A DNA stretch of 63,707 bases, counting the filler, from Octopus bimaculoides (Eukaryota): NCBI RefSeq assembly GCF_001194135.2. It is 6 parts of 5 records of this genome, joined end to end, with 100 filler letters (N's around TTAATTAATTAA, not from the genome) between each part and the next. Parts side by side here need not be neighbours in the genome. Positions count along the whole stretch, not along the records: positions 44,172 to 51,697 come from NC_068984.1; positions 51,798 to 60,584 come from NC_068981.1; positions 60,685 to 62,167 come from NC_068987.1; positions 62,268 to 63,707 come from NW_026345611.1; 2 more parts are not named here. One strand, written 5' to 3'. A program made the translations under genes and the position numbers. A model generated the notes under the pieces. It ran no database searches. It saw only the letters and a program-made list of their open reading frames with translations, and had not been told where the DNA came from. Position 1 is the stretch's first letter; each line of letters starts with the position of its first letter. Below are positions 49,560 through 63,544 of this stretch, in pieces.

Positions 49560-51520
49560 CTCTCAAACTTGGACCTACTGGACAGAACTTAACCATACAC
49601 ACCGAAAGCACCTCAATGCATTTTAAAGGACCACAAACGTAATTTCCAATCTAAACCTCCTATTAGGCTAATTCGCCCAACTAAATTTGATTTGGGTAAA
49701 GTTAGCAAATATAAGGTCAAACTCCCTTTGTGGTGCTCTACCGGTGATGTAATCACTTGATTCGATCCCCTGGAAGATAAGCAGAGTATCCATTTTATTC
49801 AGTTTGATATGTCGTACTATTACGTCTCTATATCTCCTATTCTTTTAAACAAAGACTAGATTTTTGCTCGCAATTTTACTATCTATATCAGATATTGATA
49901 TAATCTTGGCAGCCAGAAAGACCCTTATTAACTTTAATGAACATAACTGGATTAAATCTGAATCTACGGACTACTTTGATATAACTATGGGGTCGTCCGA
50001 TTCAGCACAGGTGACAGATTTGGTGGGCCTATATCTCCTCTCTCAAATTGAAAGTAGCTCTCCAAATGTGTCCGGAGGTCTTTATAGGGACGATGCGCTC
50101 CTTGCTACACATAGCCTATCTAAACCGGCGGTAGAAAAATTTTAAAAAGCCCTTTGGAAATTTTTGTTATTTTTTTCAAACTTAATATTATTTTCGATAC
50201 TAATTCTGAGGGAGTCAACTTTCTGGACGTGACATTGGACCTTACTACTGGATCATACTACCCATTTAGGAAACCTAATCAATCTCTGCAATATATTAAC
50301 ATTTCCTCGAACCATCCTAGATAGACTATCAATAGCATAATTACAGCTATTTCTATTAGAATCTTAAATTTATCTTCCAATGAGATCTTTAATCAACATG
50401 CCCCGGTTTACAATAATGCCTTGAAACTAAGTGGTTTTAATGATCAAATTTCTTACATACCTAACACGCAACTTAAAAGAAAATTAGCAAATATATCTCC
50501 TAACTCTATCCCTAAAACTATTAGCGCAAACTCTGTATTGATAAACATAGATATAAATAAGCCATATGGCAATCATATCATAGCTAGTGGAATACAACCT
50601 AGGAATAAATATAGTAAATATAATAAGTATAAACATTCTGATTCTGGAAAATCTAACAAGACTAAGCAATCCAATTCTAGAAAACGCGAAGTAATCTGGT
50701 TTTCCCCACCATTTTTCTTAGAGTTAAGAACTTGCATAAGTTATTTTTCAAGATGTTGAAGGCTAATTTTCCCAAGCACCACAAGTATTAGTCAATTTGT
50801 AATAAATCTTCGATAAAATTCTCCTACTCTGCAGTGCCTAATCTAGGATCTATTATAGCCTCTATAAGTAGAAGTAAAATAAAACGTCAGTCGAATAAGG
50901 ACTCTAACACTAATAACGTATCTAATGTAGGCCCTGGTAGTAATAACAAATGTAGAATAATAAATCTAAGTAAATCTAAAATTAATAATGTTAATCCAAG
51001 TCAACCCAAGGAAGTTACCGATCTTGACAACCCATCCCCCCAAAATAAATAAAAACAATAAAACAAAAAGACAATAACAGGAATGAGAGTAAAAAAGAAT
51101 TTAAAAAACATGTAGCTGTAGAGTGTCTGAATCATGTCCGCTTGCCAGTTCATGTTTTAGGAAAAGTTTGGTGTATAAGTGTGCAGTAAAAGTAGTTAAC
51201 TAAAAACTAACGTTTATATAGGAAGCGCTGTTGATTTTAAGAAGAGATACAGAGCCCATTTAAGTTCCTTTATTAAAGTTAAGTTTAAAAACTCAACAAC
51301 TCTTGCCTCATATATCGAATAGATGCAGGTTATATATAAGGGAATCGTACAGTATCCTTAGATCATATAGTTTAAATACATTAAATAAATTCTCTGATGC
51401 AATTCCCTCATGTTGTCATAAATTCCATTCCACTGTTTTGAAAAATTATAGAACCAAGTATATTGGACGATTTAAAAAACTGCCTGCAACTTGAAACCTT
51501 TTAGCTCTTAGTTCTGTGAA
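49560..51520 (+). mobile_element. Near full-length decayed Penelope-like element (RT and GIY-YIG)
   Basis: FIQFD..; FDITMGSSDSAQVTDLVGLYLL; GLYRDDAL; RKREVIWFSPPF; SYSAVPNLGSII; CPLASSCFRKSLVYKC..VYIGS..FKKRYRAHLSSF. Confidence 0.9.
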
Positions 51521-51797
51521 AATTTCATTGTGCTGTGTTTGATTAGATTTAGTCTCAATAGGTTGATGTACTTGTCCCACCATTTCATGCCCTCCACTCA
51601 TTTGCATACGTAAGAGTGAATTTTTTTAATATATCTATCACCGTGTAAGAATCAAAAAGTGTCAAGAATGTGATTTTTTGAAGATACCTTTCCTGATNNN
51701 NNNNNNNNNNNNNNNNNNNNNNNNNNNNNNNNNNNNNNNNNTTAATTAATTAANNNNNNNNNNNNNNNNNNNNNNNNNNNNNNNNNNNNNNNNNNNN

Positions 51798-51847
<50 letters not shown>

Positions 51848-53924
51848 GCATATATCCATACATATATGTACAAACCTACATCTATATGTATACATACATG
51901 CATATATGGGTACAGGACATCAAGAAAACGTTAAACACAATGAGAAACGAAAACATAAAAACGAAAACATGGAAAACGAAATTTTTTCGAACAACAGAAA
52001 AAACACAAACAGAGAAACGAGACATGCAACATAAAGCGTACATCCCTTCGTCATTTGTCCTTGTTCCATCTACTCCGCGTTTTCGAAGGCAAGGACAATA
52101 CGTGACTTCGCTGGAACGGTGCTTCCCGCAAAGCAAATTAAATAAAATTTGGAATTTTTTGCGGAGAGTGAAAGTGTCAACAAGAACAGGACAGTGAGAA
52201 CATATATATTAAATGCTCTATTACTTTGAGCAAATAGATATATATATGTTTTTATATTATTAATAAAATTAATAAAATTATTAATAATATTCACAGGAAA
52301 TCAATATCCAAATTTCCGAAAGATATATGTTTAATGTGACACAGTAATATTTTGAATTATAATTAAATTAAAATTTAAGATATACAAAATATAAATATAT
52401 ATAAAAAATATAAATGTACATAAAAATACATGCGTATATAAATGTATATAAAAATGTATGCGTAATTGAGTATAAATATTATGAAAGCCTAAAGNNNNNN
52501 NNNNNNNNNNNNNNNNNNNNNNNNNNNNNNNNNNNNNNNNNNNNNNNNNNNNNNNNNNNNNNNNNNNNNNNNNNNNNNNNNNNNNNNNNNNNNNNNNNNN
52601 NNNNNNNNNNNNNNNNNNNNNNNNNNNNNNNNNNNNNNNNNNNNNNNNNNNNNNNNNNNNNNNNNNNNNNNNNNNNNNNNNNNNNNNNNNNNNNNNNNNN
52701 NNNNNNNNNNNNNNNNNNNNNNNNNNNNNNNNNNNNNNNNNNNNNNNNNNNNNNNNNNNNNNNNNNNNNNNNNNNNNNNNNNNNNNNNNNNNNNNNNNNN
52801 NNNNNNNNNNNNNNNNNNNNNNNNNNNNNNNNNNNNNNNNNNNNNNNNNNNNNNNNNNNNNNNNNNNNNNNNNNNNNNNNNNNNNNNNNNNNNNNNNNNN
52901 NNNNNNNNNNNNNNNNNNNNNNNNNNNNNNNNNNNNNNNNNNNNNNNNNNNNNNNNNNNNNNNNNNNNNNNNNNNNNNNNNNNNNNNNNNNNNNNNNNNN
53001 NNNNNNNNNNNNNNNNNNNNNNNNNNNNNNNNNNTATATATATATATATATATATATCTGTTGTATTTATTATTTTAAAGAGAAACATGTATTTTGGGTG
53101 GTTCCTCACACTAAATACAAACAAAATACTGCTTGTAGTTTACTTTTGTTTTTAATTACTAATTAACTAATTTTTTAATCAATCGAACGTTGTCTGTATT
53201 TGTTGGAGATGCTGGGCCCGCAAGGTGGATGTTATCTATCTACTTTCAAGAGTAGGCTCTGGTTTATGATCTTTCGCTAGCACATCTAACACCAATATGT
53301 ATTTAGTGTATGTATTACCCTACTTCTCAATTATCAGACACCAACTAATCGAAATTTTTCCAGACATCTGCATTAGTACGAAAGGCCACCTCAGCAAAAT
53401 CAATGTCTGGAATTACTCGCGCAATATTATATGTTGTATAATAAGCAGTAAGTGTGTGGAATCTTTATATCGATTTATCGATATTGTTTTTGTTTTGCTG
53501 TCAGGACGTGTGTGAAGATGATTCGCGTCAGTGGTATGTTATTTCTCGACGCTGATGCCAATGAGCTGAAACTTCTCCTGAAACACCTATGTGATGACGA
53601 CTGATTAGTTAAAGATAATCTTAAAAGTTTTCACTAACCAGACGCCAAAAAGGTATATTGAATACTATTCTTTCGATCGGAAAAATATCCCAATTAAGCA
53701 TTTGAATAACCAATGCATCCCAATTCAAGCGAACCACGGTCAGCTTTGAAATACGATTCCACATGCCCTTATAATAAAAGAACACCGAAGTATTAATAGT
53801 TGAATTCAGTTGTGAGCTGCATATTGAGGAAATGAAGAGGTCGATATGGCTAGAGAAGTGGCCAACCACATTATGGTATGCTAAGATAGAAAACTGAAAC
53901 AGTGTATAAACTTTAAATTCCACA

Positions 53925-54200
53925 ACTGTGCTCACATGTTCTCGCTATGTAGATGACATAAACCTTGTGACTAAGGCAACCATAGAAGACAGTTACCAGG
54001 TATTTGAAGACAGCACTGCGGAAAACATCCAGCAAGGACACAGAGTATCAAGGGGGGAAGTTGACTGTGCATCTAGGTACCACAACAACAGACTTTTCGT
54101 TCTAATTACTGCAGTCTGGTTGGAAACTATGGACAACGAAAGCAATACTTCCGTTCAAATTACGTCAAACGTATCTTTATTATGCAGCAGCTTCACAGGG
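53925..54200 (+). mobile_element. Non-LTR RT relic (RTE-like)
   Basis: LTCSRYVDDINL contains the YxDD motif. Confidence 0.5.
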
Positions 54201-54274
54201 GCTCCACTATATTAGAGAATATTAAAATGAAAATCCTGATAATGTATGTGGTGTGTCAAAACATGCGAACAGCA

Positions 54275-54513
54275 AGATCATATAGATTTCATCAAACCGT
54301 AGTTAATCGAATCTCGTCAAGTGGACAGTTGAAAGAATTTCGTTACGAGTGTGTGGTAAGAAGCGTGCTTCCCAACCACATATTTCCGGATTCAGTTCCA
54401 CTGCGTGGCACCTTAGGTAAGTGTCTTGTATTATAGCCTCGATCCGACCAACCTTGTCGGTGAATTTGGTTGACAGAAACAGAAATCCCATCGTGTATAT
54501 GTGTGAGTGTTTG

Positions 54514-54596
<83 letters not shown>

Positions 54597-55375
54597 TTGT
54601 ATCTGTGTTTGTCCCCCATCACCACTTGACAACCGGTGTTGGTGTGTTTACGCTCCGTAACTTAGCAGTTCTGCAAAAGACACCGATCAAAAAAGTCCTG
54701 GGATCGATTTGTTCGACTAAAAACCTTTAAGGCGGTGCCCCAACATGGCCGCGGTCAAATAACTGAAACAAGTAAAGGATAAAAGATAAACACTCAGTTG
54801 ATCGAATCTCGTTAAGTAAAGAAACTATAGGTAAAATTTATAGGCAAAAATTATAGGTTGATCATAGGTTAATAAAAGGCTTGTGGAAGCAGAATATAGG
54901 TTAAATTCTATATGGAAACTATAGGCTCAATATAGGTTAAAACCAGTATATTAAAATATATCAGCTAAGTTAAGCAAATGTTCACTTGATTGAATTTTAT
55001 CAAACGGACAGTTCATTGAATTTCACCATATGGAGATTTAACTTAATTTCATCAAATGGTCAGTTGAGCGAATATCGAGACAATAGACTAAAATCTATAG
55101 GCAAATTGCTGGAGAATCTCTGTTAAATATATAGGCAAAGTTAAGCAAAGTCTGTTGATCGAATTTCACCAAATGGATAGTTGATCAAATTTTATAAATC
55201 AACCAGTTGATCAGATATAATTAAACGGACTGTTGATCCCTACATAGTCAAAAATTTGTAGGTAAAAACTAAAAAGTGAATATATGCGATAAATTAAGCA
55301 AAAGATCAATTGATCGATTTCCAGCAAATGGATAGTTGATCAAATTTCCTCACCTGTCAGTTGACCGAATCAAAG
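54275..55375 (+). repeat. Degenerate ~22-bp minisatellite (AAATGGACAGTTGATCGAATTTCATC-like) interrupted by a SINE
   Basis: The AGTTGATC(G/A)AAT core recurs at about 54300, 54797, 55157, 55180, 55206, 55310 and 55335. Confidence 0.7.
54347..54790 (+). mobile_element. tRNA-derived SINE family 2, full length
   Basis: GTGTGGTAAGAAGCGTGCTTCCCAACCAC..GGATTCAGTTCC head, internal (TA)(TG)n and GCCCCAACATGGCCGCGGTCAAATAACTGAAACAAGT tail. Confidence 0.9.
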
Positions 55376-56569
55376 AATTCTAAGTTGAGTTGAGGATATA
55401 CTGTAGGTAGTATATAAGCTGTGTTTCAGTTAAACACTGTAGAGTAATATTAATAGATGCAGAATATACAATGCTGCCCACATTGATATAAATGCTGCAG
55501 AGAAACCATAAGCTAAAAGCTAAAGGAAAATTTCGAAACCAAATAGTTGCGAGGCAAACTTCTGAACCACATAACCATGCCTGTATCAAGGTGTTTATTC
55601 CTGAATTTGCCTGATTGTGCAGACCTACAACCAAATTGTTCCAGAAGTGATCAACCTATTTTTCTTCGAGACAAGTTGCTTTTAAAATTACAGTACTCGA
55701 TGCGAATTTCTAAATTTCTTATTTTAATGACGGCAAGGAGTAACTTGTGTGAGGGGAAGATATTTGATTATTATTTCTGGAAACTTAAGTGACTATATGT
55801 AGTTTCTGTGTTTTAGGTCAGTTGAATGAGACTAGGAGACAAGGTTCTCAGTGCAGGTTGTTTTCAATTATTCGGTTACTGTAAGTATTGAAAGTTTAAC
55901 AGAGGGTGTTTCGGTTTTCATGCGTGCAAGGCAAAAATGTTGCTTTAGTTATTGGGAAATTCCGATCTAAGAAAATTTGAATCTAAACTTATTAAGTGTA
56001 GAAAGTGCATGGCTGGAAGGTTTACTTTCTACTTGGTCATTATTTACATTGGGAAGATGAGAATAAAGCTCTAAAGTTTTCAGGTCTCCAACTATTGTTA
56101 AGCTTCAAATATTTACTATCTTAATAGAGGTGAGTTCCATAACTTATTGGATTGTTCGATTAGTGCAGCATATTATGACTTCATGTAGTGTATGGAAGTC
56201 AAATCAGCTTTGTGAAACTCACACTTCTCCATGTTATACTCGAATATAATTCAGAGATATTCCAGCAAGTCAGTGAAGCAGTTTCCATGACCAGTGTTAA
56301 ATTGGTTATGCCTTGTAATATCTATTTACATATAGGCGAACTGAGTTATTTGACAGCAAAGTTTTAGCCAATAATACAATCGGTAGAAGCGCGCAACAAT
56401 AGTCACCGTCATAAGCACCCACCACTTTTATGAAAAATGTACCTATTTTCCTTATCGGTGATATCTGATACATAAAGGAAATTTACTTTCCCGTTTCACA
56501 TATCGTTAGAACCCTCGAGAATTTCCTAAGGAGTTCGTTTCGTTGTCACGACTTGCTAAAAATCAAACT

Positions 56570-57000
56570 CGAAAATAACAGAAAGGAAGAACACATCAGA
56601 TAATTTAGTCCTATATCATTCCTAAAACAACAACAAATGCGGTATTAAAGTAGGAACGCCTTTGAACATAGAGTTGGTAAACAACAGCTGTCTTGACGAG
56701 AACCTTCTGGTGATGTTACCCTCATATGGACTTCAACAGCTTTTCATCAAATGGATGGGACTTTTCCAGTCAGAGCATTCCATCGAAACATTTGTCGACG
56801 AGCCTTTTCCATCCCATATTCAAAACTCTTTTGTACCAAAGTGATAAGCCAAGTCATCCATATTAATTCTTTTATACGTCAGTGACCTACTCTCTCTTAC
56901 TTTCAACGAGTTACACTCTTGTACAGATGATAACGCCCTTCACTCCTCCTTAACCTTTTGCACACAGACGTCATTCATACCTCCCAACGAATGCACTAAT
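56570..57000 (+). mobile_element. CR1/L2/Jockey-group RT relic
   Basis: DNFSPISFL; LPSYGLQQLFIKWM; LYVSDLLSLTFNELHSCTDDNALHSS resembles INDLLS.T.NPIHSYADDSTLHSS. Confidence 0.65.
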
Positions 57001-57535
57001 TCCGTTTACAAAGAATTAAAACACCATCCAGTGAAGATATAACGACCTATTTTCTGGCATAACGAAAATAGACATTACACATATCAAGGAAATATCTAAG
57101 AATACGCCTTTTTTACTTGTAAACTGTTAGATAAACCTTCACAAACTTTTATAAATGTGTCAAAATCTACTGATTTCTCATGCGAACGCATATCTGAAAC
57201 GTTGCTACAACATATCTACAATGAGACAACGAGGAGACATCTACGTAGGCGCTCCACATACTAGAAACAGCAGCCAAATATGTCTCAAATCACACACTGG
57301 CATCTGAAGTAATAGACAATATTGGGATGTCGAGATGATCGCAGTTGGGATGTCTTTGATCAGAGCTAATTTGGGGTTGAAACACAACATTGTAAAAACT
57401 ACATGAATAGGTTTTTTTTTCTTTTTAAGGGAAATAATTTCTTAGAAATTATACATTTCTAAATCTCTCAGAGAGATTTATGCAGTAGTGATACGATGAA
57501 GTAGTTGTATGCTGTCAACTTAATGTTGACAGTCT

Positions 57536-57688
57536 ATGAAGGGAATAATACTACTGTTGTTTAGACCTAGGAAGCTGCACCGCTTCCTGTCGGCCCCTTG
57601 ACACATTTCCTGTGTCCTTATGTTTACAAGAAGACAGGAAGCGATGCAGCTTCCTAAGTCTAAACAACAGTAGTATTATTCCCTTCAT
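57536..57688. repeat. 153-bp hairpin with 56-bp arms (MITE-like)
   Basis: Arms at 57536-57591 and 57633-57688 match 54/56, around a 41-nt loop. Confidence 0.9.
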
Positions 57689-58472
57689 GAAATAATTTGT
57701 TCTGAACTTATGGTAATGTTCTAGCACAATAAATTCCACACCACTTTGATGGGAAACACTTAAGTCTAGAATAATTGCTAATGTTCAATGAAGCATGACG
57801 AACTCCACATCGATTTTAAAAGAAATACTTCAGCCTTTAACTGTTGCTAACGGTCTTCAGAAGATAATGGTCTCCAAACCAACGTAGTGTCCACGTATCT
57901 GAGACTGGGCAGAAGTTATATATATTAATATTGTAGACTGCATCGATTGACAGACTATCCAAGATTCACTTACTAACATACTTCAATCTATACAACACCA
58001 AAGGACTTTAACTCCACGCTGCCTCAATCACTGGAGTTTTCGCTTTTCTGAACTAGCAAACTATGTAACATCCTACTTGATTCATCGGCCTCTCCTCATC
58101 TCATCATCTCTACAGTGTTTCAGCAGTAAATTTTCCGAATTAAATACTCTAGTTAAATCTTTATTTCTAAAATTCCACCCTGGTCTGCGTTTTGCTGCAG
58201 AGATAAACTTTTTTCAGTCCTTAATAGTGTTGAGTTCTATAGCTTATTGAATTGTTCGATTAGTGCAGCACATTATGACTTCATGTAGTGTATGGAAGTA
58301 AAATCAGCTTTGTGAAACTCACACCTCTCCATGTTATACTCGGCTAAACATTCTTTCTTAAATTCTCTCTCTCTCCTGCTCTATTTTTGCATAAATGTAT
58401 TTATAGAATGATACATGCATACATATATATATATATATCCATATATGTAGCATATGTATCTATAATGGATAC

Positions 58473-58510
<38 letters not shown>

Positions 58511-58532
58511 GAGAGAGAGAGGAGAAGGAGAG

Positions 58533-58594
<62 letters not shown>

Positions 58595-58939
58595 TTAAAG
58601 GGTAATGTATTGAATACCGCACGCAATGAATTTGCAAAGATTCGGAATGTCTCACATCATTTTCCCGATGCTCTAACTATTCTGCTAATCTACTACTAAC
58701 GTTTAGTTTGTATATAATGTCACCAAACAATAATTATTAGTATGAGAGCTGTCGTTTTTCATACTAATAACACCGTGTCACATGAACTGGCCAATAGGGG
58801 CCAACATCTAGAAGCCGTCTTAAAAATATCATAATCCTTTATTTTTCTATAGATGCCTGGCGTGATAGTTTTGTTCTTCGAGCATACAAAGCTTTAAGGT
58901 GTATGGAGCTGAGTCAAACTGTTATTGGATTGTATCTCA

Positions 58940-59095
58940 GGCTTGGTTGTGTGGTTATGAAGATCACTTTGAAGCTACAAGGTTTCTGGTTCAATCCCAC
59001 AACGTGGCATCTTGGCAAAGTATCCTCGACTATAGTCTCGAGATAATCACTACCACTTGAGTAAATTTGTTAGACTGAAACTGTGTGGCATCATG
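58940..59095 (+). mobile_element. SINE family 2, 5' part, degenerate
   Basis: GTTGTGTGGTTATGAAG..GGTTCAATCCCAC..CATCTTGGCAAAGT. Confidence 0.65.
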
Positions 59096-59113
59096 TCGTA
59101 TATATGTATGTAT

Positions 59114-59167
<54 letters not shown>

Positions 59168-59169
59168 TG

Positions 59170-59203
<34 letters not shown>

Positions 59204-61309
59204 NNNNNNNNNNNNNNNNNNNNNNNNNNNNNNNNNNNNNNNNNNNNNNNNNNNNNNNNNNNNNNNNNNNNNNNNNNNNNNNNNNNNNNNNNNNNNNNNN
59301 NNNNNNNNNNNNNNNNNNNNNNNNNNNNNNNNNNNNNNNNNNNNNNNNNNNNNNNNNNNNNNNNNNNNNNNNNNNNNNNNNNNNNNNNNNNNNNNNNNNN
59401 NNNNNNNNNNNNNNNNNNNNNNNNNNNNNNNNNNNNNNNNNNNNNNNNNNNNNNNNNNNNNNNNNNNNNNNNNNNATATATATATATATATATATATATA
59501 CATACGTCACTAAAGTGACAAAGATACAAAGTGGTACCAGCATTACTAGAAATAAGAGTCAAAACGACTCATTAGCCACAAAAAGAGCTATCTTAGTAAG
59601 TTGACGAGGGAGATAAAGCTTCCTACTGAAGTAGTAGATATACCCATATCACATGATTTTAAATTCTGATGCAGAATATATATATACGTACACAAACGCA
59701 CGTGCACATGCACACACATATTTATGTACGTGTGTGTGTGTTTGTGTGCATGCGTGCATGTGTGTGCATCATTTCGCCTGCATCTGGCCACCAAAACTAC
59801 CATACAACTGTTCATTTGCTTAAATCCCTATAACTTAGCGGTTTGGCAATAATGAATGTAAAAATATGTAGCAGAATTTTTTAAAAAGATAAGTAGTTGG
59901 GTCGATTTGTTTGACTGAAGCCTTTCAAAGCAGTACCCCAGCATGGCCGCAGTCTGATGGCAGAAAGAGCTAAAAAGAAACACATAAATCAAATAAGTTA
60001 GACTTACATTAACGCTTATATCGTTGAATTGTAAATTTGAAGTTTGCAGGCTTCAGTGAAATATTTTTTACGTTTTCATTTTAAATAATTTGGTTTCTTC
60101 TTCATTCTATGTTTAATTTAATAAAACTATAATTAGCTTTATCATTTAAGTCAAACTGCTTTGTTTATTTCCATGAAATAACCGTCATAATGAATATTTT
60201 CTTTAAATAATTATTACGATTAGATTTCTTTGTATATTCTAATTAGCTATCAACTGTTAGCATACTAAGTAGCATTAAGCTAGCTAAAGGCTATCTTAAT
60301 GCAGGAGATAGATTCATTCCACTCTGCCGTTATAAATAGAAAATGAATGTCTCGTATAGCAACAAATTTAACTTTCAGTTTAACTTGGTAATATACTTGA
60401 CGAATTCTTTCATATATATATATATATATATAAAGTGTAGTATATTGCCACTTAAGTGTGGCTGACCCCTAGGGGTGGATGTTACTGTTGCTTTTAGCCC
60501 CAGGAGGACATCTCCTCCAGCTGGCTTATCGACACACGACTGTGTCCTGTTTGCCAAGGGAGTTATCCCTCTCACCACGGCCAGNNNNNNNNNNNNNNNN
60601 NNNNNNNNNNNNNNNNNNNNNNNNNNNNTTAATTAATTAANNNNNNNNNNNNNNNNNNNNNNNNNNNNNNNNNNNNNNNNNNNNATATATAGACAGACAA
60701 ACAGACAGACATGCAGACATATATATACATATGGTAATTAAGAGGTAGTTTTATGCACCCAACAGCCCCAGAACTCCTGTAGAGGTAACACACGATGAAA
60801 AAGTAGAACAAAAATGCTACTTTCTTAAAATTGGATGCAATTTAATTTTCCTTTAAATAAATATATTAAAAGGATGCCTTGGTATTGTTTTACATGATAC
60901 GGTTTTTGAAAAACCTTATCAAAAATATGTACTAAAATGGAAGATGCAGAGGGAAAAAAGTGGTATTAATAAAATAAAATTAAAATCAAAATTAAAATTA
61001 GCATTCATAGTTTACTTAATATTTTTCTGCAAGCGCACGTGGTAATTTCCGTTAATTTTCGTGGCGTGACAAGTTGAAGTGCCTGTGACCGCAAATTACT
61101 ACTATCTCTTTGTTTTGGTAAATTAAATAGTGTGACCAAGACTGGTTTTCTATAGGAGTCACTGTAGGAGCAGTAATAATAATAGTAGTCGCCGTGGCGA
61201 AATTGTTCCCCCTGGGGTTTTAATAGAAGTTGGGTTCTTCCACCCCTTGTCTTTATTTCTTATGAAAAATTTGCATATCCATACATATACACACACTCAC
61301 CCATATACA

Positions 61310-61375
<66 letters not shown>

Positions 61376-61544
61376 TATACACATGCAAACACACACAAAC
61401 ATATATGGATATATAGACATACATATATATACATACATATACAAACATATACATACATAAACACATACATACACATATGTACACACATAAATACGTATGC
61501 ATTCACATACATATAAAAAGTCTCAGTGTTGCGAGCTTAAATAA

Positions 61545-62110
61545 TTTAGACACGGTCGGAACTTCCTTATGAAATGCATTTCCTTACTAATGAGTTCATT
61601 TTGGCTAGTATAATGAAAACGTTGTAAATTTTGGAAATATGTTGGATGCATATTCATCGATGTGCTGGCTGAGAGGTATTTTCCTGTATTCCGGAATCCT
61701 GATTTAAGATTTGTGCACCGCCAACTTCTGACGTATACTGTTTTTTTTTGTGTCCAATATATTGCCGTTTGCATCCCGAATTGTAATTACGGGAATCAAG
61801 TTCTCTGATGCACGTGTAAATTAATTTTCATTATGAAATTATGGGCCTATTCTAATCGGTATTCTAATCCTTTTATTATATTGACACAAATCCCATAGTT
61901 GTGTCTCCCACACTTTTTTACTGTCGGCTTTGTGGTTATTGTTGAGCGTAATTTGGCTTGGGTTAAAATCTTGATTTTGGTTGTCTCGTACTTTTGATGA
62001 TTGTGTGTGTTTCGAGGATTTGATTCATATTTGGGTCCCTATTGAGTAGAGCTGTTCTGTGGAGTATAGTATTGGAGGCCTCATTGTTATGGGGGTTGTG
62101 TGTGGAAATG
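61545..62110 (-). mobile_element. Penelope-like element C-terminal relic (GIY-YIG)
   Basis: STHNPHN..HTIIKSTRQP..KKCGR..SENLIPVIT..RQYIG..LSQHID..KEMHFIRKFRPCLN. Related to 45330-45770. Confidence 0.8.
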
Positions 62111-62416
62111 TAAGTCATGGTTCTCAATTCTTCTTCCTTCTTTCGTCTTATATATATATATATATATNNNNNNNNNNNNNNNNNNNNNNNNNNNNNNNNN
62201 NNNNNNNNNNNTTAATTAATTAANNNNNNNNNNNNNNNNNNNNNNNNNNNNNNNNNNNNNNNNNNNNTCTGGATGTTTTGTTGTCCCTTTTTTTGTATCA
62301 CTTAACTGTCTGGATGTATTGCGTTCTTGTCCCATTTTTGTGTTTTATATATATATAAATATGTGTGTGTGTGTGTGTATAAATATATGTGTATATATAT
62401 ATATGTATATAAATAC

Positions 62417-62454
<38 letters not shown>

Positions 62455-62539
62455 TTCACAGAGCCCAGTACATCTACGTAACAGTCATTTCGGTACTCAT
62501 TATAATTATCATCATACAAGCTGTCTGTAAGTATAACAT

Positions 62540-63060
62540 TTCTATCTGTTGTTCATATTGTAATTTTGTGGTGACAGGCAGTGATGGGCAAGGAGTAGTT
62601 GTTGTTGTGGTTGTTGCGGTAGTAGCCGGTTGTGTTATGGTATGGGTGGTAGTTGTCGATGAGGCCATGGCATTGGTGTTTGTTGTGATGTTTGTTGTTG
62701 TTGTTGTTGAGGTGGTGGTGGTGGTGGCGGTGGTGGTGGCGGTGGCGGCGATTGTGGTGATGGTTGATATTGTGGCCACAGTCATTGTGATGGTCATCCT
62801 AATTGTTGTGTTGCAGCAGATGTGATACTATTTGTATTTGTGATAATGGCTGTTGTGAAGCTGGTTGTTTGTTGTGGTGGAGGGTGGTAGTGATGGTGGT
62901 GGTTGCTGCTGTTGTAGTTGTCTTGATTGTGGTCATTGTGATGACAAATAGTAACTGTGACAATGGTGACGGTGGTACTATTTCTGATAGTTACTGTGTG
63001 GTTGTAATACTTGTTGTTGAAACAGTTGATATTGATGTTGTTGCTAATGTTGCCATTGTC
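62540..63060. repeat. GTT/GGT/GAT low-complexity tract, with part duplicated at 63615-63707
   Basis: 62616-62708 is approximately equal to 63615-63707. Confidence 0.85.
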
Positions 63061-63487
63061 TTATCCAACTCTCTCTCTTCTATTTCTCCCCCACACAACA
63101 GATATAGCAAGAATAAAATGTAAGTATAATATTTTCTTGCATCAAACTGACCACAACCAACAAACATTTGCCACACCCTACACATATACAGCCATCTATA
63201 AAAAGCTTTATTGGTCACTGTACACACATTAGGTAGGGTACCCCATGACTTATATACACAACTTAAAGAAAATAGCACATCAAAACACAACAAAACATTG
63301 TACATACATATTACACAGGTCTGATCTTCTATCACATAGGAGGGCTATGTGTATAATATCAAATGAGTGTTTATGCGTGTGTGTTTGCATGCATGTGTGT
63401 AAGTCAGTATGTATGTTTCTGTATATATGTTTATATTTGCATATGCATGCATATATATATATATATGTGCATGTGTTTATATATGCA

Positions 63488-63544
<57 letters not shown>

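Larger units (their letters stand above)
56131..58342 (+). repeat. 112-bp direct repeat pair (56131-56242 and 58231-58342)
   Basis: 6 mismatches over 112 bp, offset exactly 2100 bp. Confidence 0.9.

Noticed and set aside
52040-52110. Possible permuted (type II) hammerhead on the minus strand
   Set aside because: Core C3 is missing and helices I and II do not pair convincingly.
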